Assembly: GCF_030028105.1 (NCBI RefSeq) | Contig: NC_092380.1 | Location: 94,183,530 to 94,247,529 of the forward strand | DNA length: 64,000 nt | Reading direction: 5' to 3' | DNA from: Mobula birostris | Lineage: Eukaryota | In this document: one piece after another, positions 24,014 to 36,132 of the stretch | Position numbering within the stretch: the first letter of the stretch is position 1 | Layout: each line of letters opens with the position of its first letter | Translations under genes and position numbers: made by a program | The notes under the pieces: model-generated | Told to the model about the DNA's origin: nothing | The model's input: the letters and a program-made list of their open reading frames with translations, nothing else | Database searches by the model: none

Positions 24014-26204
24014 CTGCAAAATTAGAAGAAAAACAATCTGGTTCACAAACACAGAGAAAGAGCTGGAAAGCAGGTGGAAATTCATGAATCATTTTGGTTA
24101 AAGCGAAGAGCAAAAATGATGGAGACTCCTACTGAAAAAGCTTAAAACTAGAGATGTCAGGGAAAGCAAAATCCCAATTCCACAGGTACAGGATATATTC
24201 ACTTCTATAATCTAAATATACATTTGCAAGATTTAGGTGTCACTGAAAAGGCCAACATTTTTGCCCATCCCTAACAGCTCTTGAGAATGTGGTGAGGATT
24301 CACTATAGTAATTCTTCCAGTGAAGACATTTCTCCTGTGTTGTCCATTAGGGATCTCCAGAATTCATACCTATTATTGATGGAGGATTGGTAATATATTT
24401 CCAAGTCAGTATTTTATGTGTCTCATATCTCATGTGAAGCTCAAGAGACAGCACCTGTACCTTGTGTTTTACTGAACGGCTTAGTAAACTGGTGATTGCA
24501 CATTAAATTATTCAGAGCTATGGATTAAGAATTTGTCAGCTATGTTTCAAAACTTCATCCATGAGCTTATACCTGCAGAACTTCCCAACATCAGCACTAT
24601 CACTGCACAAAGTACAAGTACGAATTACAGGAATTGTGTTCCCCTGTGTCTGTGATAACTTTACAGGATATCATACTTAAACTGACAGCACCTTCAGAGA
24701 CAACTGTCCCTTAGGACACGAAAAGGTTCCTAAAAATTGAACGAGGTTAGAAACAGGTTTCAAAAATATTTTGAATACATCTCTATATAAAATGTCTCCA
24801 GAACAAATGACAAGGAATTCTTAGCCTGGCCTGCTGAGTTCCTCCAGCATTTTGTGTGTGTTACTCGGCAGATTTCCAGCATCTGCAGAATTTCTCTTGT
24901 TTGTGACGAGGAATTCTTACACTTTTTGATATGTACTTTTTGTCAAATTGGTCCTAGCTATGATTACATTATCAAAATAGCTATATTAATTAAAATGACA
25001 TGATTCAGTGATTGTTTAAACTAAATTTTAAAATAATAACTTCTTCATAGTCATGACTAAAACTAACAATTTTGGAGTTTTGTCATGGTTAATTTTGCTC
25101 TACTAATATCTTGAGAAATGAAATAGATTCAGGTTGACAATTTAACCACTGCATTTAAATGCAGCTAACAAATTTCACCTCAAAATTATATCATACTTCA
25201 AGCACTTCGAAAGCAAAGAACAGGAGTTTTATAATGCGACATATGTTAATATTACTTTCAATTAGAAAATTGTGAAGTCTTGTTATTAATATTCACATCA
25301 TGCACCATCTTGTATTGAATAAAATGCAATATGTGCTCCCAAAGCTGCTTACATAGCAGTCTGTCTAAACAGTTGAGCAGTCAACTTTAGGGAGGTATTA
25401 GGGATAATCATTGTTTAGAGGGGCCTGACACTCCAATCAAGGATCAGGACATGAGAAATTTAACAAGCAGCTTTCTGAAATTCTGGGCATTTATGTAAAA
25501 ACATGACTCAAAGCACCTCTGCTTAAATAATTTGAAGTTCAGAAAAAAAGAGGAAATTTTTTGAGTGGTGGACTCTTCGTGTAAGAGGAATAGAAAGTGT
25601 TGTTTGTGCCTGCATTATATTATTAACCTGGATGTTATTAAGCTGATGCTTGGTTACTTTCAATGAAATATTTATCATAGTTAATCCAAATTGTTATTAC
25701 ATCAAAAATAGATTTTAGTTGGCCAGTGTGGGGGTAAAACCAGTAACGTCAATGACTGTTCACTTAAGAAACCACATTATTTTCCTTTCAATTGATATCA
25801 ATAAACACCAAAACAACCAGAAACCTCTACAAAAATAATACAATGACCAGAATTTCAATATATTGGCAAATTACACTTACTACTTCTTCTGCAACCTTTC
25901 AAACTAACAAGTCAATATCGTGCATATAAAAAGGGAGGAAGATAAGGAGAGCTCATATGTATAATACATTCTGTTAGGATGCTTTCTTTCTTGATTGCAC
26001 ACAATCGTTCAGCTCCATCAATACTAATAATAAGATTCAAAATAAGCAAATAGAGTGTTGTCATTTGGCACTCAAAAATAAATATGTGATTGGGTGAACT
26101 TCCAAATTCACAGGAACATAACAACATATAGGAGGTATATAGGACCTTATATCTCCTAAAGGTCCTATAACAACCTTATAGGAGCAAGCTATTTCTTGCT
26201 CCTA

Positions 26205-26620
26205 TAAGAAATAGGAGCAGGAGTAGGCCATCTGGCCCATTGAGCCTGCTCTGCCATTCAATAAGATCACGGCTGATCTGACCATGGACTCATCTCCACC
26301 TATCTGCCTTTTCCCCATAACCCTTAATTCCACTACTATGCAAAAATCTATTCAAACTTGTCTTAAATATACTTATTGATGTAGCTTCCACTGCTTCATT
26401 GGGCAGAGAATTCCACAGATTCACCACTCTCTGGGAAAAGCAGTTGCTCCTCATCTCCATCCTAAACCTACTCCCCCGAGTCTTGAGGCTATGTCCCCTA
26501 GTTCTAGTCTCACCTACCAGTGGAAACAACTTTCATGCCTCTATCTTATCTATCCCTTTCATAACTTTATAATTTTCTATCAGGTCTCCTCTCATTCTTC
26601 TGAATTCCAGTGAATTCCAG
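26205..26620 (-). mobile_element. CR1-like LINE 3' end
   Basis: MFPLVGETRTRGHSLK..FSQRVVNLWNSLP. Confidence 0.85.
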
Positions 26621-27090
26621 TGGCTCCTCCAACCTGAGTCTAGCTTCATTGTGGCAGTACAGGAGGCTATGGACAGGTATGTCGGAATGGAAATAGGTAG
26701 TCAAAGTTAAATTGGGAGCCACTAAGAGATGTGGCCATGCACCATTGCTCCATCCACTGTAAAATCTCCAGTTGCCGCACATTCCAATTCGACTTCTTGT
26801 TCCCATTCTGACATGTCTCTCTCTAGCCTCCTCCAATGAGCCCATACTCAGAAGCAATACCTCATATTCCATCTGAGTAGCCTCCAAACAGATGGCATGA
26901 ACATCTCCTCTTCCTGGTGCCCCTCCATCTTCCCCTTCTTCAATAATCCACTGTCCTCTCCTATTAGATTCCTTCTTCTTCACCCTTTATCTCTTCTACC
27001 TATCACCTCCCAGTTTCTTGGTTTATTCCCCCCTCCCCACCCACCTGCTTTCCTCCTCAACTGGTTTCACCTATCACCTGACAGTTTGTA
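26620..27090 (+). mobile_element. Decayed, rearranged Penelope-like 3' region (resumes ~28102-28240)
   Basis: QYLIFHLSSLQTDGMNI GIY-YIG C-terminal remnant; pyrimidine-rich 3' UTR. Confidence 0.6.
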
Positions 27091-27093
27091 CTC

Positions 27094-28101
27094 AATAGAC
27101 AACAGACAATAGGTGCAGGAGTAGGCCATTCAGCCCTTCGAGCCAGCACCGCCATTCACTGTGATCATGGCTGATCATCCACAATCAGTATCCAGTTCCT
27201 GACTTATCTCCATAACCTTTGATTCAGCTATCTTTAAGAGCTCTATCCATCTCTTTCTTGAAAGCATCCAGAGACTTGGCCTCCACAGCCTTCCGGGACA
27301 GAGCATTCCATATATCCACCACTCTCTGGGTAAAAAAGTTTTTCCTCAACTCCGTTCTAAATGGCCTACCCCTTATTCTCAAACTGTGGCCTCTGGTTCT
27401 GGACTCACCCATCAGCAGGAACATGCTTCCTGCCTCCAGCGTGTCTAATCCCTTAATAATCTTATATGTTTCAATAAGATCCCCTCTCAGCCTTCTAAAT
27501 TCCAGAGTATATAAGCCCAGTCGCTCCAATCTTTCGACATATGACAGTCCCGACATCCCGGGAATTAACTCTGTGAACCTACGCTGCACTCCCTCAATAG
27601 CAAGAATGTCCTTCCTCAAATTTGGAGACCAAAACTGCACACAGTACTCCAGGTGTAGTCTCACCAGGGCCCTGTACAGCTGCAGAAGGACCTCTTTGCT
27701 CTTATACCCAATTCCCCTTGTTATGAAGGCCAGCATGCCATTAGCTTTCTTCACTGCCTGCTGTACTTGCATGCTTGCTTTCAGTGACTAATGTACAAGA
27801 ACACCTAAATCTCGTTGTGCTTCCCCTTTTCCTAACCTGACTCCATTTAGATAATAATCTGCCTTCCCGTTCTTACCACCAAAGTGGATAACCTCACATT
27901 TATCCACATTAAACTCCATCTGCCATGCATCTGCCCACTCACCCAGCCTGTCCAAGTCACCCTGCATTCTCATAACATCCTCCTCACATTTCACACTGCC
28001 ACACAGCTTTGTGTCATTGGCAAATTTGCTAATGTTACTTTTAATTCCCTCATCTAAATCATTAATATATATTCTAAACAGCTGCGGTCCCAGCACTGAA
28101 C
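27094..28101 (-). mobile_element. Young 5'-truncated CR1-like LINE
   Basis: Near-intact RT C-terminus (ORFs 27788-28096 and 27224-27772); tandem TCTATTG/TCTGTTG tail. Confidence 0.9.
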
Positions 28102-28335
28102 CTTTCCAAATCAGCTACTTATTCTGGCTTCTGCCCCTTTCATTTTATCCTGATAGTTACTTAGCCCAAAACTTTGTTTATTCCCCTCCATAGACACTGA
28201 CTGATCCACTGAATTCCTCCAGCTTGTTGTGCATGTTCTATAATCACCACATTAAATTAATGCTGAAGTATTTAATAGAAATTTCAAACCATGATTCATC
28301 TGTTGTAGCTCAGAATATTTAGTGGAAACACTGAC

Positions 28336-28524
28336 CGCTTTGAAAAGATAAATCTGTGGTACATGGTCCTGCGATTATTGCCTCCTTCTGACTGGATGCC
28401 TGCTGCAGCGAATGCTTGCTCAGATTGTTAGGAAGTGTTTGACTCTGAGCCAGACAAGGTAAGCTTCTTCGGGATGGCTTCAATGGCTGCTCTGTAATGA
28501 TCCCACTGATACTGCTGTTCATTC
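28336..28524 (-). CDS. ANO3: Anoctamin-3 coding exon (equivalent to mammalian exon 2), phase 1-1, 189 bp
   Basis: Acceptor TCTTTCTTTTCTAG|GA ATG; donor AGCG|GTCAGT. Encodes (G)MNSSISGIITEQPLKPSRRSLPCLAQS..., matching the ANO3-specific N-terminal motif LKPSRRSLPCLAQS. Confidence 0.92.
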
Positions 28525-28589
28525 CTAGAAAAGAAAGAGGATTGCAGATGCTTTAACCACTTTCATAACTGACTTTGTGTCTCAGTATA

Positions 28590-28990
28590 GAGACTCTGGC
28601 CACTTTATTAGGCACACCTGTACACTTCATTAATGCAAATATCTAATCAGCAAAGCATGTGACAGCAACTCGATGCACAAAAGCATGCAGACATCATCGA
28701 GACCAAACATCAGAAATGTGATGTAAGTGACACTGGCCATGGAATGATTGTTGGCTTGAGTAAGCAGCAGTATTGCGGGCAAGATCCCGTGAGGGGCAGT
28801 TTTGTGCATATAAATATCTTTTTAATGAGAGGAGTCAGGAGAGAATGGCCAGACTGGTTCAAGCTGAGAGGAAAACAACAGTAAGTCAATTAACCACATT
28901 TTACAGCAGTGGTGTGCAGGAGAGCTTCACTGAACGTACAACATCTGGAACTTTCAAGTGGATGAGCTAAAGCAACAGATGACTATGAAG
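28590..28990 (+). mobile_element. Tc1-like DNA transposon remnant
   Basis: TIR-like GGCCACTTTATTAGG..CACCTG; transposase HTH remnant RMARLVQA.RK.TVSQLTT.Y..G.Q.S.TERTT. Confidence 0.65.
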
Positions 28991-31834
28991 AAAAAGCACT
29001 TACTGCCACAAGAAAGTAGCATCAATAATCAAAGACCTCTGCCATTCAGGCCATATCCTCTTCTCACTACTACCATCAGGCGGGAGGTACAGAAGACTTA
29101 GGTCTCACACAAACGTGTTCAGGAACAGTTATTACCTGGCAACAAACACACTTCTGAACTGGCATGGAAAACTTCAATCACAACTACTCTGAACCGATTT
29201 TACGGCCGATAGACTCACTCTCAAGGACTCTTTACAGCTCATGCTGTTGGTCTTAATTTTAATCTGCACAGTTGATCTTTGTTTGCACTTTGGTTGTTTG
29301 TCAGCCTTTGTCCATTTATGCGTAGATTTATTGTAAATTTTATTCTATTTCTTTCTGCACTGTAAATGCCTGCAAGAAAATGAATCTCATGGTAGCATAT
29401 GGTAATATATATGTACTTTGATAATACATTTATTTTGAGCTTTTAATAAAATCTTTGGGAGAGATGAGATTAAAAAAAGTCCTATTGCTGTTCAAGCTAA
29501 ACATTTGCAACTGCGAATTCGTCTGCACCATTCAGTTCCATTATTTGGTACAAGTGAGCAAAGGTGAAATTTTCTCCTTTGATATCAGTATAAACCCTGT
29601 TCCAATTTGATTTGGCTAAAACAAAGAAACATAAGCTATCCACAAAATTTATCTGACTGGTCTATTTCTGCAAGAAATGTATCAAGTCAGATAACTCTTC
29701 ATGTAATATAAGGTCACCTGGGACTATCAAAGTAGACAGTAATAGTTGAAGGACAGGAACTTGGAGACACAAGGAACCATAGGTGTGGGAAACAAGATGC
29801 TGGAAGGTCAGGGCGTTTTGGTGGACAGGAATATTTCAGGTCAAGGCCCTTCACCTGCACTCTATAACACATCTCCTTGTACTTGAGATTCTCCATGTCC
29901 TAGACACTGTCCCACACTTTCTCTGTTGTTGAAAATGAACTTGTTTGTCACATTAAGAAAAAAACTGCTCAAGGTACTCAGCAGGCCAGGCAGCATCTGT
30001 GGAAGTTAAATGGACAGTCGACATTTGAAGTCTCTTCAGTCTCAATTCGAAATGTGGACTGTCTATTTCCCTCAACAGATGCTGGCTGACCTACCGAACT
30101 CGTCCTGCACCTTATTAGGAACGTGGACTGAATTCGGCCCAGTACATCATGGGTAAATCATTCACAACCATTGAGCACATCTATATGAAATGCTGTCATA
30201 GGAAAGCAGCAACCATCAACAGAGATCCTCACCATGCAGGTCATGCTCTTTTCTCACTGCTGCCATCAGATAGAAGGTGCAAGAGCCTCAGGACTCACAC
30301 CACCAGGTTCAGGAATGCTTACTACCCCTCAAACATCAGGCTCTTGAATAAAAGGAAATAACTACACTCACTTGTCCCATCATTGAAATGTTCCCACAAC
30401 CTTAAGGACGCTTTATCTCATTACCTCATGTTCTCATTATTTATTGCTATTTGTTTATATTTGCATTTGCACAGCTTATTGTTTTGCACACTGGTTGATC
30501 TTTCACTGATCCTGTTAGGGTTATCTTCTACAGACTTGCTGAGTCTGCTCACAGGAAAATGAATCTCAGGGTTTTATATGGTGATATATATGCACTTTGA
30601 TAATAAAAAAATACTTTACTGAATCAAAGCCAATCTGCTCCCTACAAATATTTTTTTTTAAATTTGTACTTACTCCAAGGGAGATTATATTAAAGCAAGA
30701 AAGATTATGAGCACCAACAGTCTAAAATACAACAGAATTGTCCATTAGCTGGTCATTGCACTGCATCAAGCAGAACAAAAAAGAAAGATAGAAGAAGGGA
30801 TTGTTTGTACAGGTTAAATATCTTTCTTACTTTTTTCAATTTTGCCTGAAATTATTTTAATGGGCTTGAGAAGCAATTTGTGGTGGGATTTTGCAGATTA
30901 GCTGATTAGAGGCAATATGGAGCACAGCAATAAAACACTTAACTCGATCCCCTTACAAAACAGACACTGGTTACACAAATGGATATTGTCTTTAGCTTTT
31001 TCACTGATTATGGTGCCTGAGCATGGTTTTGACCGCACCCAAGCTCTCTCCGATCTGAAGGTGCAGTAGGATTTAGTACTGCACTGATTTCTGAGCATTC
31101 AAAGAGGGCAGGATTTCAATATTTGTGGAACTGCTTTGCTAAGAATGAGTTAATTGCATTCAACAATTCCACTGAATTTAGCATACCAATTTCCAGTCCC
31201 TGCAGGGTGCGTGTTCTAAACTACTTGCCATCTGGAGTGTTACTTACATTATAGAAACCCAACCTGCAAATGAAAAAAAAAAGATCATGTTGTCCAAAAT
31301 AGGTAGGGCTCCTGACCGCCCTAAACTGGAGCCTGCCACGTTCGCAGAGATAATGGGGTTACAACAGTGCCAACGTAAGTTCTGAGACCAATTCCACCAT
31401 CTATTTTGAAGTCATTAATTTCACAGCCTGACAACAGATGGGCAAAAGAAGAAAAACAACATTTGACTTCTCGTATTCTTACATTATTATGATAATTAAA
31501 ATTATATTGTTAAATATAAAAACGGAGGGCTATGTAGGAGGGAAAGGTTAGATTGATCTTAGAGTAGGTTATAAGGTCAGCACAAAATTATGGGCTGAAG
31601 GGCCTGTATGGTGTTCTATGTTCAAAATGGAAGTACGTATTGAAATGCTTATCATTCTCTTACTAGCAAGATATTACTCAGTTTCTTGTATTATTCCCAG
31701 TGTGACATTATAGTCTCAAAGGCAACATTCATTCCCTAGTCACTCTTGTAATGAATCTCATGTAATCAGTTCTAAGTGCATTTTGGAGTCGTTTTGAACC
31801 TGTACACTCATACTAGAGATATTATTTAATTAGA

Positions 31835-32590
31835 AATATTTATAAACACACTGATTCCCACAGCTTTCTTGACTATATCTCTTCCCAACTACGTCCTGTA
31901 AAAATGCTATTCCCTTTTCTCAGATCCTTCATCTGCACCACATCTGTTTCCTAAAATGAAGCTTTCCTTTCCAGGATATCAGAGATGTCCTCCTTCTTCA
32001 AAGAATGAAGTTTCCCCTTCCTGAAACTTTGATGCTGCCCTCACCCAGATCTCCTTCACTTCCCGGATATTCGTGTTCACCCCATCTTCCTGCTGCCTTA
32101 ACAGGGATGGAGTTCCTCTTGTCCTCACCTACCACCTCATAAGTCTCTGTATTCAATACATCATCCTCTGAAACCTCTGCTATCTACCGCTAAACACATC
32201 TTTACTTCCCACCCCACCCACTCCCTGTTTTCAGCAGGGATCGCTCCGAGTGATCCTCTTGTCCATTTATCCCTCCCCACTAATCTCTCTCCTGACATAT
32301 GTACCTGCAAGTGAATGAAATGCTACACCTGCTCATTCACATCCTCCCTCACCTCAAGGTCCCACAAAATCCTTCCAGGTGAGGCAACACTTCGCCTATG
32401 AATCTGCTGGGGTCATCGATTGTGCTCTGGCAACGGCCCCCTTCCTTTCCAGTTGTAATGAAAGGGTCTTGACCTGAAATGTCGACTATTTATTCATTTT
32501 CATATTTGCTGCCTGACCTGCTGTGTCCTGCTAACATGTTTTATGTGTTGCTTTGGATTTCAAGCATTTGCAGAATCTCTTCCGTTTAAC
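31835..32590 (+). mobile_element. Decayed Penelope-like element (RT thumb/linker and 3' end)
   Basis: YKHTDSHS.LDY.SS...CKNAIPFSQ; PLVLTYH; degenerate hammerhead remnant near 32452-32490. Confidence 0.7.
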
Positions 32591-32607
32591 ATTTAAGTAA
32601 CATTTAC

Positions 32608-33565
32608 CAGAAGATGTTGGCTGCTTGGCATTGCTGCCTGCCACACTTCCAACAGTGCCCTTACATCATCAGCCAAGGACTACCATTCATTGATGTTTCA
32701 CCCCCTTAGCCCTGGTACACCTCCTGGTGGCAGAGCAGGGGCAGGGATGCCCCCCGCCTCTGCCATCCCCTGCGGCTTTCAATGGGCTTAGTCGGTCCCC
32801 AAAGTTCTGCCCTTCCTCCTCAGCCACAGCCAAAAGCTGCCCTTTCCTGCCTCTTCAGCTCCAATCACTATGTGGATTATCACAGAGTAACCTTGTCGTC
32901 AACGCGCTGATGAAGTCCCGTCATCCTTCCTCCACAGGGTAGATGATGGTCCTCCAACCAGCTTCCTTTCACTCAGCTGCCAGGTCTGAATACTTCAGCC
33001 TCTTCCACTCGTGGGCAGCCTCCACTCCTCCCTCCCGTGGGACAGTTAACTCAATGAGGAGGGCTGTCTTGGTGGTCATGGACCACAGTACTATGTCTGG
33101 GTGGAGAGATGTGCTGGTGATTTCCGTGGGGAACTGTAGCTGTCTGCCGAGATCTGCCCTCATGTTCCACTCCTTGCCTGTGGAGAGGCGTGCTGAAGGA
33201 GCTTTTGGGCGGGTGCATTCAGCGCTCTGACCAGCCTCTACAAATGGGATGAGTTGTCATCCTGCTGGGGAGAGGCAGCTTCTCACATCCCACCTGCAGG
33301 TCTCTAGGATCTCCACCAGCTTCTTTAGGAACTGGTCATGCCACCATCTTTAGTGCCCCCGGGACACCGCAGTCTTGCATCCTGCCAAGATGTGTTGGAG
33401 GTTGGCATTGGTGGTATCATACAGGGGGCAGCTACCCTCACTGCTGAATCGCTGGTAAGATCTCGGGGGGGGGGGGGAGGGCAAAGTATCATATGTTGCC
33501 CTAATGAGGAAGTTGAGTCTGGCATGTGGGACCTTCACAAGTCAGACCAGCTGAATGACCTGTTG
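32608..33565 (-). mobile_element. HERO-like element copy 1, 3' part (CCHC knuckle, REL endonuclease, 3' UTR)
   Basis: CPL....ANLQHILAGC; PDIVLWS..LIELTVP.E....A...K..KY. Confidence 0.85.
32660..32721 (-). ncRNA. Candidate non-circularly permuted hammerhead ribozyme in HERO-like 3' UTR (subfamily 2, copy 1)
   Basis: Minus strand GGTGT-A-CCAGGG-CTAA-GGGGGT-GAA-ACATC-(13 nt)-CCTTGG-CTGATGA. Core intact; the stem II partner is disrupted by a small deletion. Confidence 0.65.
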
Positions 33566-34940
33566 CCCGGATGTGGCCATCTCAGCCCTTCTAGTCCATG
33601 CCGAACTCCTACTCTCACCTAGTCCCACCGACCTGCACTCAGCCCATAACCCTCCATTCCTTTCCTGTCCATATAGCTGTCCAACTTAACTTCAAAATGA
33701 CATCATCGAACCTGCCTCAACCATTTCTGCTGGAAGCTCGTTCCACACAGCTACCATTCTCTGAGTAAAGAAGTTCCCCCTCATGTTACCCCTAAACTTT
33801 TGCCCTTTAACTCTCAACTCAAGTCCTCTTGTTTAAATCTCCTCCACTCTCAATGGAAAAAGCCTATCCATGTCAACTCTATCTATCCCCCTCATAATTT
33901 TAAACATCTCTATCAAGTCCCCCCTCAACCTTCTACGTTCCAAAGAATAAGGACCCAACTTGTTCAACCTTTCTCTGTAACTCAGGTAACATTCTAGTAA
34001 ATCTTCTCTGTACTCTCTTTATTTTGTTGACATCTTTCCTATAATTCAGTGACCAAAACTGTACACAATACTCCAAATTTGGCCTCACCAATGCCTTGTA
34101 CAATTTCAACATTACATCCCAACTCCTATACTCAATGCTCTGATTTATAAAGGCCAACATACCAAAAGATTTCTTCACCACCCTATCCACATGAGATTCC
34201 ACCTTCAGGGAACTATGCACCTATTATTCCTAGATCCCTCTGTTCTACTGCATTCTTCAATGCCCTGCCATTTACCATGTATGTCCTATTTTGATTAGTC
34301 CTACCAAAATGTAGCACCTCACATTTTTCAGCATTAAACTCCATCTGCCATCTTTCAGCCCACTCTTCTAACCAGCCTAAATCTCTCTGCAAGCTTTAAA
34401 AACCTACTTCATTATCCACAACTCCACCTATCTTAGTATCATCTGCATACTTACTCATCCAATTTACTACCCCATCATCCAGATCATTAATGGCAAATAA
34501 CACTGGACCCAGTACAGATCCCTGAGGCACACCACAAGTCACCGACCTCCAATCTGACAGTTATCCACCACCACTCTCTGGGGTCTCCCATTCAGCCACT
34601 GCTGAATCCATTTTACTACTTTAATATTAATACCTAACGATTGAACCTTCCTAACTGACCTTCCGTGTGGGACCTTGTCAAAGGCCTTACTGAAGTCCAT
34701 ATAGACAACATCCACCGCTTTACCCTCATCAACTTTCCTAGCAACCTCTTCAAAAAGTTCAATAAGATTTGTCAAACATGACCTTCCATGCACAAATCCA
34801 TGTTGACAGTTCCTAATCAGGCCCTGTCTATCCAGATAATTATATATACCATCCCTAAGAATACTTTCCATCAACTTACCCATCACTAACGTCAAATTCA
34901 CAGGCCGATAATTGCTAGGTTTACTCTTAGAACCCTTCTT
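33566..34940 (-). mobile_element. CR1-like LINE inserted in HERO copy 1
   Basis: NYRPV.LT...GK.ME..QHGF...RSCLTNL..MDFSKAFDKVPH. Confidence 0.9.
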
Positions 34941-34941
34941 A

Positions 34942-35736
34942 AAGACGGCGCTGAATGGCGACTCCTTTGCTTGCATTTTCAGAAACAGCTCTATTTCCAT
35001 CTTTAATATCTTTATTTTCCCCTTTCTGGGTTCTTTTGAAGACCCTGACCTGGAGTTACACACAGACTTTGGCTCTTTGCGGGAATGGGACCAGTTCTCG
35101 GGGTTTCAGGACTGGTTGTTATCCGACATGCCAAGGGTGCGGCCTGAGAGTCCGCTTGTATTTGGAAGCCTAAGATCTGGAGATGGGCTGGTATCACGGC
35201 AGGAGACTCGTGTGTCATCGGGAGGGCCAGAAAATCTTTTGCTGTGAGCCTGAAGGCCCAAGATTTTGGTGATTTTTCAGGCACAGAGCTTGTAAAAAGC
35301 GACAAAACAGGCTTTTAACATCGCAAACCAGCAGGTTGTTGTTATGTCTCCCTGCTCGCTGTGAAAATGGGGGACACCTCCCTCTCCCTTATTAGGGAGA
35401 GAGAGAACCTGTGTTTTGTCGAATGCTGGTTGAAATGCGAAGTCTTTTTGAGTTATAGCAGGTCTGTGTCTTTGCTACTGCCTAGTTCACGCTTGTGCTC
35501 GACGGTGGTGCTGATGCTTGCTTTTTTTTGCCGGTGGGGGGAAGGGGGATTGTTGCTCACTGCCACTTACACGCAGGAGGGGTGAGCATGGGGGGGACTT
35601 TGGGGTTCTGTCGTTTAACTGTCGTTCATTCTTTGGGGCACTTCTCTGTTTTCTGGATGTTTGCGAAGAAAAAGCATTTCAGGATGTATATTTGTATACA
35701 TTTCTCTGACATTAAATTGGACCTTTGAACCTTTGA
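34942..35736 (+). mobile_element. ~800-bp non-coding retroposon, copy 2 (complete)
   Basis: Starts AAGACGGCGC; ends ATTAAA..ACCTTTGAACCTTTGA. Confidence 0.8.
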
Positions 35737-35830
35737 TGGTGCCCTCCCAGGTTGTCCATCTTCCCTGATGGCCCTGTGCCATTGCCTTCACCCTGTGACA
35801 CTCCTGCTCTGTCCTTGTCACCTCCTCCAC
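35734..35830 (-). mobile_element. HERO-like copy 1, isolated middle piece
   Basis: VEEVTRTEQE..VKAMAQGHQGRWTTWEG; collinear with copy 2 (43090-43185). Confidence 0.8.
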
Positions 35831-35999
35831 CAGGAATTCTCAACCGGGGTTCCACAGAACCCGAGGAGTCCATGAGCAGCTGCAAGGGGTTCCATGAGAG
35901 ATTGTGATTTGAAAAAAAAACATTGTTTTATGAACCTCACGCAGCGCACAATGCTAGCGCTCCCAGCGGTGGGCAGTGACCGAGCAGCCCTGTTAGCGA

Positions 36000-36132
36000 C
36001 GCAAACATGAGGAGATCTGCAGATGCTGGAATTTTAAGCAACACATATAAAAGTTGCTGGTGAACGCAGCAGGTCAGGCAGCATCTCTAGGAAGAGGTAC
36101 AGTCGACGTTTTGGGCCAAGACCCTTCGTCAG
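36000..36132 (-). mobile_element. Short Penelope-like end inserted in the hAT element
   Basis: TSD CTGTTAGCGA at 35990-35999 and 36135-36144. Confidence 0.8.

Noticed and set aside
27219-27791. 190-aa plus-strand ORF
   Set aside because: Antisense shadow of the CR1 RT frame.
30825-30900. Minus-strand donor AAA|GTAAGA as possible ANO3 exon 1
   Set aside because: No in-frame ATG before a stop and no similarity to the expected exon-1 peptide. It cannot be excluded as a non-coding exon but is unsupported.
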